Assembly: GCA_964485195.1 (NCBI GenBank)
Contig: CAZAIK010000001.1
Location: 124,001 to 188,000 of the forward strand
Direction: 5' to 3'
Length of the DNA stretch: 64,000 nt
From: an uncultured Methanosarcinales archaeon
GTDB lineage: Archaea; Nanobdellota; Nanobdellia; Woesearchaeales; CAIVOO01
Shown here piece by piece: positions 48,582 through 56,603 of the stretch. How positions within the stretch are numbered: position 1 is the first letter of the stretch; every line of letters starts with the position of its first letter. Below the pieces are notes generated by a model. The model searched no databases and was not told the origin of the DNA. It was given only the letters and a program-made list of their open reading frames with translations. The position numbers were made by a program, and so were the translations under genes.

Positions 48582-49424
48582 CTAATTGTCGGCTTCGCTA
48601 CAGGTTTGCTTGTCATCTCCCAACGCTTTCCAAACACAAGTTATACCTTTTGCAGACAACCCGCAAGGGTCGGATTTACACTGGGAAGCTGCCTTGTCTA
48701 TGTGGCTGTGTTCGTAAGGTATTCCAACACTATCACTATATTCCCAATCACCCATAGGCTCTTTGATTCTCCTCTGCCTGTGATATGCATATCTTTCACA
48801 GCTCATATCCCCCACAAGCACGTTAGAGCAGGGCTTGCACTGGAATGATTCTCTTTTTGCTCCACCAATTGTTGCAGAAGGTTCATCATTTGTAAGCATT
48901 ACAAAGCACTCGTCTCCTGCCATGCAGTCCTGGAAATTGTCAAAGTTGCATTTCCCTGCATATTCCCCTGAAACCTGTATGCCTTCATCAGTTCCTTCAA
49001 CCTCCAAAATGACAACGTCATTAGCTCCTGTTGGTGAAAATTCCCCCTGTAAATCTACTGAACTCCTGAAGCATCTTTCTTTGTAAATTTTTGAAAGGCA
49101 GCCAAAAGGCTGTATTAAGGAGGAAGGACTTCCCTGCTTGCAAAGGCAGATGCAGTTTTCCACGCAGTTGCTATCAAACTTGTTCGTTGTTATCTTGAAC
49201 CCGCTCCTTATGTCCACAGGAACATAAACAGGAGCGCCCCACTCATCCACGTTTCCCATTGCATTTTCCAGCCTTTCAAAGCCCTGGATGGTTGAATAAT
49301 CAGGCCTGGGGATTATAATCCTGTAGCCTGCTGAAAGCAAAGGCATGACAACATAGATTATAACAATGGAGGCTATCACAATCCCTATGATGGTGGACCA
49401 TACAATGCCTTTCTTGCCCTGCAT
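48582..49424 (-). CDS. Pilin-like protein with Cys-rich domains
   Basis: GKKG|IVWSTIIGIVI; CICLC and further Cys. Confidence 0.75.
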   Translation of the reverse strand: MQGKKGIVWSTIIGIVIASIVIIYVVMPLLSAGYRIIIPRPDYSTIQGFERLENAMGNVDEWGAPVYVPVDIRSGFKITTNKFDSNCVENCICLCKQGSPSSLIQPFGCLSKIYKERCFRSSVDLQGEFSPTGANDVVILEVEGTDEGIQVSGEYAGKCNFDNFQDCMAGDECFVMLTNDEPSATIGGAKRESFQCKPCSNVLVGDMSCERYAYHRQRRIKEPMGDWEYSDSVGIPYEHSHIDKAASQCKSDPCGLSAKGITCVWKALGDDKQTCSEADN

Positions 49425-49466
49425 TTTATCCAATATTATTCTTATTTTTAAAAAGATTTGTTAAAA

Positions 49467-49733
49467 TCAAGAATCAGAGACAGGAATGCAGCATTGTTGC
49501 CCTTCTTCACAGCTGAACTTTCCAAGGCTTATCTCATTGCCTGAGCAGGGGGAAACTCCTGGCTGAATCTCAGTTTTGCACTCCCCTCCTCTTGCCTCGC
49601 ACCTTGCAATTCCAGAGGCCTGCTGTGCAGAGCTGGTGGAATACTTCCAGAAAATGAATGCAATTATGGCAAGGGCTATGACCCCTATTACCATCGTGAC
49701 AATCACCCAGTTGACATCAGCTTTTTTCTTCAT
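49467..49733 (-). CDS. Small pilin-like protein with six-Cys C-terminus
   Basis: KKKA|DVNWVIV; CEARGGEC...CC. Confidence 0.82.
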   Translation of the reverse strand: MKKKADVNWVIVTMVIGVIALAIIAFIFWKYSTSSAQQASGIARCEARGGECKTEIQPGVSPCSGNEISLGKFSCEEGQQCCIPVSDS

Positions 49734-49999
49734 CCTTCCTCCCTTTCTATGGGAACACAGCATCCCACTGTTTCAGTCCTTTCATCATTGGGAGCGTAAG
49801 TGAAATAACTGTCAGGGCCGCATTCTGTGCTTGAAGCTGCCTCACCTCCTCCCCTTTCAGAGCAGGTAGGCCCTTCCAGGCTCCTTCCGAAAATGCTGGC
49901 TCTCTGCGTGAAGATGTAAACAAGAACAACAAGCACTATAATCACAAGTATGGCTATAATCATCGTGTTCAATGACAATGAAACACCTTTTTTCCTCAT
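49730..49999 (-). CDS. Small pilin-like protein
   Basis: RKKG|VSLSLNTMII; CSERGG...CC. Confidence 0.85.
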   Translation of the reverse strand: MRKKGVSLSLNTMIIAILVIIVLVVLVYIFTQRASIFGRSLEGPTCSERGGGEAASSTECGPDSYFTYAPNDERTETVGCCVPIEREEG

Positions 50000-50241
50000 T
50001 TAATCACCTCAAGGCAGCATATCTGGCTTCCCTCGCATTCAGCGTCAAAAATCCTTGTCGAGCCCGGAGGGCATTCGCTTTCTTCAGTGCAAAAGCCTCC
50101 CTGTGTTTCGCAGCTGGCTGTTGTCCTCCCGAAAATACCCAGCCTTCCGCTGAAAATCACGACAAGAACAACAAGCACTATGAGGACTATTACAGCCACT
50201 ATTATCACATTCAAAGACAGCTCAGCTCCTTTCTTGTTCAT
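49996..50241 (-). CDS. Small pilin-like protein with six-Cys C-terminus
   Basis: NKKG|AELSLNVIIV; CETQGGFC...CC. Confidence 0.87.
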   Translation of the reverse strand: MNKKGAELSLNVIIVAVIVLIVLVVLVVIFSGRLGIFGRTTASCETQGGFCTEESECPPGSTRIFDAECEGSQICCLEVIK

Positions 50242-50243
50242 TC

Positions 50244-50552
50244 TTACTCTTCTTCAAACGGCGTGAACTTGCAGCAGCAGCACCTTTCAATGCCCCTGCT
50301 GGTGTCTGCGCAGGTAAAGTCATCTCCTATGTTAACCTCCCTATCTCCTGCAAGGCAGTTTGAAGAGCAATACCTGCCAGTGCCGGGAATGTCGCATCTG
50401 CTTGTTGCGAACTGTTCGGCGGTCTCTTCAGTTGACTTAGCAAATATACTGCTTCTCTGTGAGAAGATGATTACCATAACAACAAGAACTATGAGAACTA
50501 TCACTGCTATTATTATCACATTCAAGGACAGAGATACTCCTCTCTTTCTCAT
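50244..50552 (-). CDS. Small pilin-like protein
   Basis: RKRG|VSLSLNVIII; ends ...CCCCK. Confidence 0.85.
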   Translation of the reverse strand: MRKRGVSLSLNVIIIAVIVLIVLVVMVIIFSQRSSIFAKSTEETAEQFATSRCDIPGTGRYCSSNCLAGDREVNIGDDFTCADTSRGIERCCCCKFTPFEEE

Positions 50553-50553
50553 C

Positions 50554-50853
50554 TTACTCTGCGCCTGTGTTGCCTACTGAAATACAGCAATAGCCGTCAT
50601 CGTCCTTATTATTGTACTGGAATTTGCCGTCACCGTTCAGGTCACAGGCTCCCCAGCCAATCCTTTCATAGGTGCCGGTGCACTGGTCCTCTGACTCAAC
50701 GCACCTTCCGCCCTGCACAACGCATTTGTCAGACTCCTTTACAAAAACACCTGTCCTGCCTGTGAAGATTATGGCCAGAATCACGAGAACAAGCAGCCCC
50801 AATGCTGCTATGATGATAACATTCAAAGATATTCCCTGGGCTTTCTTCCTCAT
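50554..50853 (-). CDS. Small pilin-like protein (candidate major pilin)
   Basis: RKKA|QGISLNVIII; GAGGTGA RBS; first gene after its own TATA box. Confidence 0.87.
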   Translation of the reverse strand: MRKKAQGISLNVIIIAALGLLVLVILAIIFTGRTGVFVKESDKCVVQGGRCVESEDQCTGTYERIGWGACDLNGDGKFQYNNKDDDGYCCISVGNTGAE

Positions 50854-50911
50854 CAAATCACCTCTTTTGAGCTTTTAAAAACATTATTTTATGACTCCTT
50901 AATAATGTCTA

Positions 50912-50927
50912 GTATTTAAAGGTTTCG
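50912..50927 (-). promoter_or_regulatory. BRE/TATA promoter for the small-pilin array
   Basis: Minus strand CGAAACCTTTAAATAC about 60 bp upstream of ATG 50853. Confidence 0.6.
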
Positions 50928-50932
50928 GGCTG

Positions 50933-52080
50933 TCAAGAAGGTGTTACGCATTCCACAAAAAAGTCTCTGAATAGGTCAGATGTTGAAGGCCTGATAAGGG
51001 TATTGCATCCAGTTCCGCTCACGTTGCAAACATCATTTATGCATTCTGGAAAACGGTAATATGGCTTGCCTAATTGAGGATAATAACCTATCACCTCTTC
51101 ATAGTCTTCGCATTCTTCAATAGATTTGCAATCAATTCCAAAAGTTGAACCTTCCTCCCTGCAAGTCCAATAGTTTCGGTAGTTAATTTTATAGGCAACG
51201 CATTCTCCATTTATTTCGCAAGGATTTTCCAGGCACGCTTCTTTATTCAACCCATAATCAGCACAGGTTGTGGCATCAGCGCAGGATCCGCATTCATCAA
51301 AGCTACTTTCATAACCATACTTCAAATAGCACAGCTGATTTTGGTTGGCAATTGCCTCGCACAACTCTTCATCCGCCCCCTTGCAAATTGCCGGTTTGCA
51401 TTTGAAANNNNNNNNNNNNNNNNNNNNNNNNNNNNNNNNNNNNNNNNNNNNNNNNNNNNNNNNNNNNNNNNNNNNNNNNNNNNNNNNNNNNNNNNNNNNN
51501 NNNNNNNAACGCAATAATTCTTTGTGGTTGCCGACTGGCATTCCAGCTCTTCAAAATCGCAGTCTTTTATCTTGTCTATCCTTTCTATGTACTCCTTGGC
51601 ACGGATTACTGCCTGGAATTCCGCCTTGCCTTCAACCTTGTCAAATTCCTGCCTGGCCTCATCAAGGAATCCGGGATTTGTGCCGTCAAATTCTGCCTGT
51701 TCCCAATTAACTCTTGCTATGCAGAACTGCCCGTTCGCCCTTGCCTCTGCAAGGAGGTTGGTGAACCTGTTGAGCATGTACTCGGCATTCTCAGGCATTT
51801 GCTGTATCTTCATTCCTATGCTATCCTTTGCTCTGCCCGCCCTTGTCCTGCACTCATCTTCTGTGCCTGCTTCAAGGATTGCGTTCACGTCCTTCTGCAA
51901 GTCCTGCAATGCCTTCCATTCCTTTCCGTATTGGTATTTGTTTATGAATTCAAGAAGCCAGTTGGGAGCTGCATCAGGCCCGATATATGTTTCATAGATT
52001 ATTATGCCTCCTATGGCCACCACTATCACTACTATAACTGCTGTGACAACCACGTAGCCAACTGCGCCTTTCTTTTTCAT
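50933..52080 (-). CDS. Pilin-like protein with helical middle and Cys-rich tail, spanning an assembly gap
   Basis: KKKG|AVGYVVV; open Cys-rich frames on both sides of the N-run. Confidence 0.68.
51408..51507. other. Scaffold gap (100 N)
   Basis: Run of N. Confidence 1.
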
Positions 52081-52232
52081 GCTGCCCCTAATGTCAGTAT
52101 TGCCTTTATCCTGTCCCACACGCCTTCAGCCCCTCCGAATAACAAGGCAATCACTACCAGGAGTGCTATTATGAGCAGGAGGAACAGGATCCATTTTCCT
52201 ATCTCGTCCCAGGCGAGGGATGCCCTTTTCAT
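52077..52232 (-). CDS. Minimal Flp-sized pilin-like protein (51 aa, absent from ORF track)
   Basis: Own translation: MKRA|SLAWDEIGKWILFLLLIIALLVVIALLFGGAEGVWDRIKAILTLGAA; ATGA overlap with the next gene. Confidence 0.82.
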   Translation of the reverse strand: MKRASLAWDEIGKWILFLLLIIALLVVIALLFGGAEGVWDRIKAILTLGAA

Positions 52233-52261
52233 TTTTTATGCTAATTTTTGATTGTTTTTAT

Positions 52262-53164
52262 TTATTGCGGTCTTGTGCCCAATGCGATGGGGAAGTTCTC
52301 GCACTCTATCGCCTGCAAGTCCTCAGCTGTGTTGTATCTCGTGAACAGGACCTGGGCTGCCACCCGGGGTTCTTCAGAGTATCTGTTTATGAAAACTCCT
52401 GTTGTGGCTCCTCCTAAAACAGCCCCTCCCGCGCCAATTCCCAAAAGGATTATTCCTGCTGGTATTCCCACTCCTGAGGCCATTAGCATAACTCCTGCAG
52501 CGCCTATCACTGCCCCTCCTCCCACAGCCGCTATCCTTCCTGTTGCCTTTGCCTGCGGTGAACGTCCGCTAATTGCGTTTCCCAATTGATTTAGAGCTGC
52601 ATCCATTCCTGAATACTCTTTCTTGTACCAGAACAGCACAGCGTACCTGTCCTTTGCAGGCATTTCTGAATACCCCAGCCTTGAAATCAGGTTGCTTGAA
52701 AAGCCTGCCCTGGCATTTGCAAAATAGTCCATATAGCTCTGCTCTGAAAGGGCGGAATGCCTTTTCTCTGCAAGGAACTTTTCAAAATTCTCTATCTTTC
52801 CTTCTTTTTGGGTAAAGTCCACTATGGCATAAACTGCGCAGAAAACCCCTGATCCCACTTCAAAAAGCTCGCTTCCCTCCCAGGCAATTGAGTAAATGTC
52901 CCTGACGTCTTTCATAAGGTCAGCAATCCTTCTTTTTGTCCCATCTGCATTTGGGTCAGACTTTAGGGTAACGTTGGTAATGGGGCAGTTGATGCTTGCC
53001 TGCAAGGTCGGTGAGGTTGCGTGTATTTCCACCTGCCTCTTGCATATCTCCTTGTTTGACTCTCCCACCCCAAAGTTTTTCACTTCCTCAAAAAAGACAA
53101 GCAGCAGGATTCCTGCAATTACCAGGATTATGAATCCGAGCAAAAACTTTTGTTTCACGTCCAT
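52262..53164 (-). CDS. Membrane-anchored pilin-associated protein with glycine-zipper-like hairpin
   Basis: N-terminal TM; Cys pattern shared with 53166-53936; AAVGGGAVIGAAGV...GAGGAVLGG. Confidence 0.75.
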   Translation of the reverse strand: MDVKQKFLLGFIILVIAGILLLVFFEEVKNFGVGESNKEICKRQVEIHATSPTLQASINCPITNVTLKSDPNADGTKRRIADLMKDVRDIYSIAWEGSELFEVGSGVFCAVYAIVDFTQKEGKIENFEKFLAEKRHSALSEQSYMDYFANARAGFSSNLISRLGYSEMPAKDRYAVLFWYKKEYSGMDAALNQLGNAISGRSPQAKATGRIAAVGGGAVIGAAGVMLMASGVGIPAGIILLGIGAGGAVLGGATTGVFINRYSEEPRVAAQVLFTRYNTAEDLQAIECENFPIALGTRPQ

Positions 53165-53165
53165 T

Positions 53166-53936
53166 TTAGTTCAGCAATGCCTCGCATCCTATGTGCTCAA
53201 ACTGCTCCTCAGGAACCACAATCACTTGGGGGAACCACCTCTCTTCCAGCACTTCTCTTATTACTTTCGCCACATCCCCTATAATGTTCAATTTTCCTAT
53301 TATCCCTCCCTCCTCAAAAGAGGCCCAGAACACAACATAGTAATCCTTGGAAGGGTCAATTTCGTCAGCGATCCTTATCCTGTCAGGGTCTGAGGCGTCT
53401 ATTATGAAGAAAGCCCTCTTGTTTTCGTAAGTCAAGTGCGTGAAATAGGATTTTGAGGATTCAGGGGGGTTGTTAACAGTAAGCCAGCTGGTCATTCCTC
53501 CCAAGTCCTCCTTGTTAAGCGCCTCATCAATATCGTGAAGGTTTATCCGGGAATAAAGAAGGCAGTGGACATTTCCTTTTGTGAAGATTCTTTGCTGGAA
53601 CGTCCTGTGCTCCCCCTGGGCAGAGACATACCAGGTGTCATACATTGCCTGGGCAAATTCCCTTTTCACAAGGTCAGCAGCCTTTGCTTCGTCTTTAGGC
53701 AGGTCGTCCTTTTCAATGTCTGTGACGCTCATCGGGCAGTCTATCTGGGGCTTCAGGGTTTCAAGAGTTGCTTTCTTGGCGAGCTCCACCTCTGCTATGC
53801 TTAATCTGCAGACCTCCCTGTGCCTTGCCTCTGACAATGTTGCGTTTATCACGTTGTTAAGGCCGAGCATAAGGATAAAGATAACCACCCCTATTATCAT
53901 TGTGAGTAACGATTCCTGCATTGCTTTCTTGTTCAT
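53166..53936 (-). CDS. Class III signal peptide (pilin-like) protein
   Basis: NKKA|MQESLLTMIIG. Confidence 0.78.
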   Translation of the reverse strand: MNKKAMQESLLTMIIGVVIFILMLGLNNVINATLSEARHREVCRLSIAEVELAKKATLETLKPQIDCPMSVTDIEKDDLPKDEAKAADLVKREFAQAMYDTWYVSAQGEHRTFQQRIFTKGNVHCLLYSRINLHDIDEALNKEDLGGMTSWLTVNNPPESSKSYFTHLTYENKRAFFIIDASDPDRIRIADEIDPSKDYYVVFWASFEEGGIIGKLNIIGDVAKVIREVLEERWFPQVIVVPEEQFEHIGCEALLN

Positions 53937-54064
53937 GTTAAAGTCCTGCTAAGCACCTGCCGTATTATAATTATTAATATTATGAGGCCTGCGATGACTA
54001 ACGCAAGTATTATCAGGTTTTTCGCTATGCTTTTCTGCGCCTTCCTTGATTTTTTCAGCTGCAT
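53933..54064 (-). CDS. Minimal pilin-like peptide (43 aa)
   Basis: SRKA|QKSIAKNLIILALVIAGLIILIIII. Confidence 0.7.
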   Translation of the reverse strand: MQLKKSRKAQKSIAKNLIILALVIAGLIILIIIIRQVLSRTLT

Positions 54065-54597
54065 AATCCAAGCTCCACGGTCATTGTTCCAGGGTAAAGG
54101 GGCAGGTAATAAGAGTCTTTCTGTATGTATCTCAAGCCTGTTCCGCCCCCTGTAAGGCATTCCTCTATTGAATCATTAATCTCTATTATTGGCTCGTCGG
54201 GGTTTGTGTAAGCCAGGAACTGATATTTCTTGTTCCAGCTTTTTAATGTTCCATTAAGCATTGCATCTACTGCTATGTCCAGGTATGTGCAGATTATTGT
54301 GTTTGGCAGTATTGTAATGCCCATAAAATCACCCCCGCAGGTTCTGCAGGTGCTTGGGCTGTCCCAGCAGTTGCCGCAGTCTATCAGCAAGGTGCTTATC
54401 TTGTCATTCTGGCAGGTGGATGTTGTGGAGAGCATTGACGCCAGGATGTTTGTTGCCAGCTGCTGCTCTGAAAACTCCCTTTTGGAGGTTGTTTCCCCAG
54501 AGCTCCTTAACGCGTTGCTCACTATGAAAAGTATCCCTATGGATATCAAGATTACAACTATTGCTATTCCAAGCATCTCTGTCTGTGCTTTTTTCAT
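54055..54597 (-). CDS. Class III signal peptide (pilin-like) protein
   Basis: MKKA|QTEMLGIAIVVILI. Confidence 0.85.
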   Translation of the reverse strand: MKKAQTEMLGIAIVVILISIGILFIVSNALRSSGETTSKREFSEQQLATNILASMLSTTSTCQNDKISTLLIDCGNCWDSPSTCRTCGGDFMGITILPNTIICTYLDIAVDAMLNGTLKSWNKKYQFLAYTNPDEPIIEINDSIEECLTGGGTGLRYIQKDSYYLPLYPGTMTVELGLCS

Positions 54598-55085
54598 CTT
54601 GTGTAAACTCTCACGTCAATGTATCCAAAGGAAAACTGGTTGAATATGGGATCCTGTATTGAAACAGGCACCTGCGTTGAAACATAGCCTGTTATGTTCC
54701 CTCCGGGAAAATCATAAATATTGTAGGTTTTTTGCTCAGGGTATATTGAATATACTGTTATGTTGCTGAACCCGAATATGTCAAAATAATAATCTGTCCT
54801 GTTCTCTGCAGGATTGTTCAACAGCAAATCCTGCATTGCCCTGATTTTGTAGATGTCAAAGCAGTTGAACTGTATCACCTCAAGGGTTGAGCACTGGAGC
54901 TCTGAGAGAAAAGTAGCAGTCTGCGAAATTGTTATTGCCCTTGACAATAAATCTGTTTCCTGCTGTTCTCCGAGCTGCACCTGGCTGTATCTTGACCAGA
55001 AGATTATCCCCACTATTACCAGAATGAAGAATATCATAAGCACTGCAACACTCTCTCCAATCTTAATCTGAGATTTTTTTCTCAT
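54594..55085 (-). CDS. Class III signal peptide (pilin-like) protein
   Basis: RKKS|QIKIGESVAVLMIFF. Confidence 0.85.
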   Translation of the reverse strand: MRKKSQIKIGESVAVLMIFFILVIVGIIFWSRYSQVQLGEQQETDLLSRAITISQTATFLSELQCSTLEVIQFNCFDIYKIRAMQDLLLNNPAENRTDYYFDIFGFSNITVYSIYPEQKTYNIYDFPGGNITGYVSTQVPVSIQDPIFNQFSFGYIDVRVYTR

Positions 55086-55086
55086 T

Positions 55087-56124
55087 TTAGTATATTGGGG
55101 CGCAGGATGCCCTTAATGCGTTGTTGTTCCTGCTCATTACTTCACTCTCTGTTAATTGTATTGTGGTTACATCCCTTTCAAGGGCTGCCTCAGCTATTGC
55201 TTCTACCTTCGATGGCGCTCTGGTAATTGGGTCCTTGCATTCATCCAGATAAGAATCCACATATTCCTGGTTAAGGGCAGTTTCTTTCTCTGCATAAACC
55301 TCGCTCACGTAATGCAGCTTTTCAAACGCCTTTGTCACAGAGCAGTTGAACTCATCCTTGTCTGCCGAGAACACTGCACCTATAATCATCGGCTGCTTGT
55401 AGATCTTTATGGGAGCTCCCTTGAGCACCAGCTTTTTCTCCCCTCCAAAATCCTCTTTTTCATAATACTGGACAAACTGCTCATCTTCATTTATGTAAAC
55501 CCCGCTGACAGCGTTGTCAGGCATTTTTTTCAAAAATTCCGGAAGCTCTTTTGTATTGGTTTTAGCGTGAATTTCGCTCAGGAATATCAGCCTTACCCTG
55601 TAATTGTTCTGGTCTGTGAAGCCGGCATCGTTAATGACTGCCACTTCCTTGGTGATGTTGTCCGGCAATGATTCATAAAAATCAACAGCCACTTGAACAT
55701 CCGGCCCTGAGACTATGACATATCTCACATTGGATGTGGTCATGTAAAGGAAATTGGCAATTTTATAAGGAACGTTCCAGTTCTGGCTGTAAACAACAAG
55801 CTGTCTTCCCTGCAAGGTATCTGGGCCGAAGACAACCTTGTCCGGGAACTGCCTGCTCACCCCCAAAGTGGAAATTCGGTTGCATTCAATGTTAAAGGGG
55901 AGATTGGGCATGTCAAAAACCTGGCCTGTCTGCGGGATTGTAAGGGCCCCGCTCATTATGAGGTCAACTTTTGAGAGCAGTTCAAAAGCCAGCTGCTGGT
56001 CCGCGTTCCTCCTCTGCACATTAGATATGTTAATGAAAAAAACAAGGATAAGAGCACCAACTATCAGGACAAATACCCAGTTAAACTGTATCTCTATGGC
56101 CCCTTTTTTCATTGAGAACTTCAT
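55087..56124 (-). CDS. Class III signal peptide (pilin-like) protein
   Basis: MKKG|AIEIQFNWVFVLIVGALIL. Confidence 0.85.
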   Translation of the reverse strand: MKFSMKKGAIEIQFNWVFVLIVGALILVFFINISNVQRRNADQQLAFELLSKVDLIMSGALTIPQTGQVFDMPNLPFNIECNRISTLGVSRQFPDKVVFGPDTLQGRQLVVYSQNWNVPYKIANFLYMTTSNVRYVIVSGPDVQVAVDFYESLPDNITKEVAVINDAGFTDQNNYRVRLIFLSEIHAKTNTKELPEFLKKMPDNAVSGVYINEDEQFVQYYEKEDFGGEKKLVLKGAPIKIYKQPMIIGAVFSADKDEFNCSVTKAFEKLHYVSEVYAEKETALNQEYVDSYLDECKDPITRAPSKVEAIAEAALERDVTTIQLTESEVMSRNNNALRASCAPIY

Positions 56125-56603
56125 TGTATTGTGACTTTTGCTTCATCCCCCAGGCCTTCAATCCTCAGGGTTATTGTTCCCCTGGTAACGTCTGCGCAGG
56201 CAAACCCCTCGTCCAGCTGGAGGTTTTCTATGTAAAACGGGGCTCCCCCCGGCAGGACAAAAACATTTGCCTGAACCCTGTCCTGGACGCTGTCGTATAT
56301 CAGGGGATATTCATTTTCAGGTATGGATGAAGCATCTCCTGTTATTATTAAATCAGGGTCTACCAAACAGAGCTCATCATAGCCTGAAGGCACCAGGAAC
56401 TCTTCTATCCTCACAGTCCCGTAATCCGAGCTGGTGTAGTCAATCATGTCTGAAAGCCCTGTCTGGAACTTGACATAAGACAGTTCCTGCTGTTTTTCGC
56501 CTATGTTCCTGATAGCGCCATAGCCGTAATAAAGCACTAAGATGATTATCAGTGTTGCAATTAAATAAATGAATATCTGTCCTATCTGGGCTTTATTTCT
56601 CAT
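56121..56603 (-). CDS. Class III signal peptide (pilin-like) protein
   Basis: RNKA|QIGQIFIYLIATLII. Confidence 0.85.
   Translation of the reverse strand: MRNKAQIGQIFIYLIATLIIILVLYYGYGAIRNIGEKQQELSYVKFQTGLSDMIDYTSSDYGTVRIEEFLVPSGYDELCLVDPDLIITGDASSIPENEYPLIYDSVQDRVQANVFVLPGGAPFYIENLQLDEGFACADVTRGTITLRIEGLGDEAKVTIQ

Noticed and set aside
49467..50853. Diversity-generating retroelement acting on pilin heads
   Set aside because: No reverse transcriptase or adenine-specific TR/VR pair seen; heads differ by indels
50933..52119. Frameshift or two separate genes around 51400-51500
   Set aside because: Frame change coincides with a 100-N placeholder gap of unknown true length
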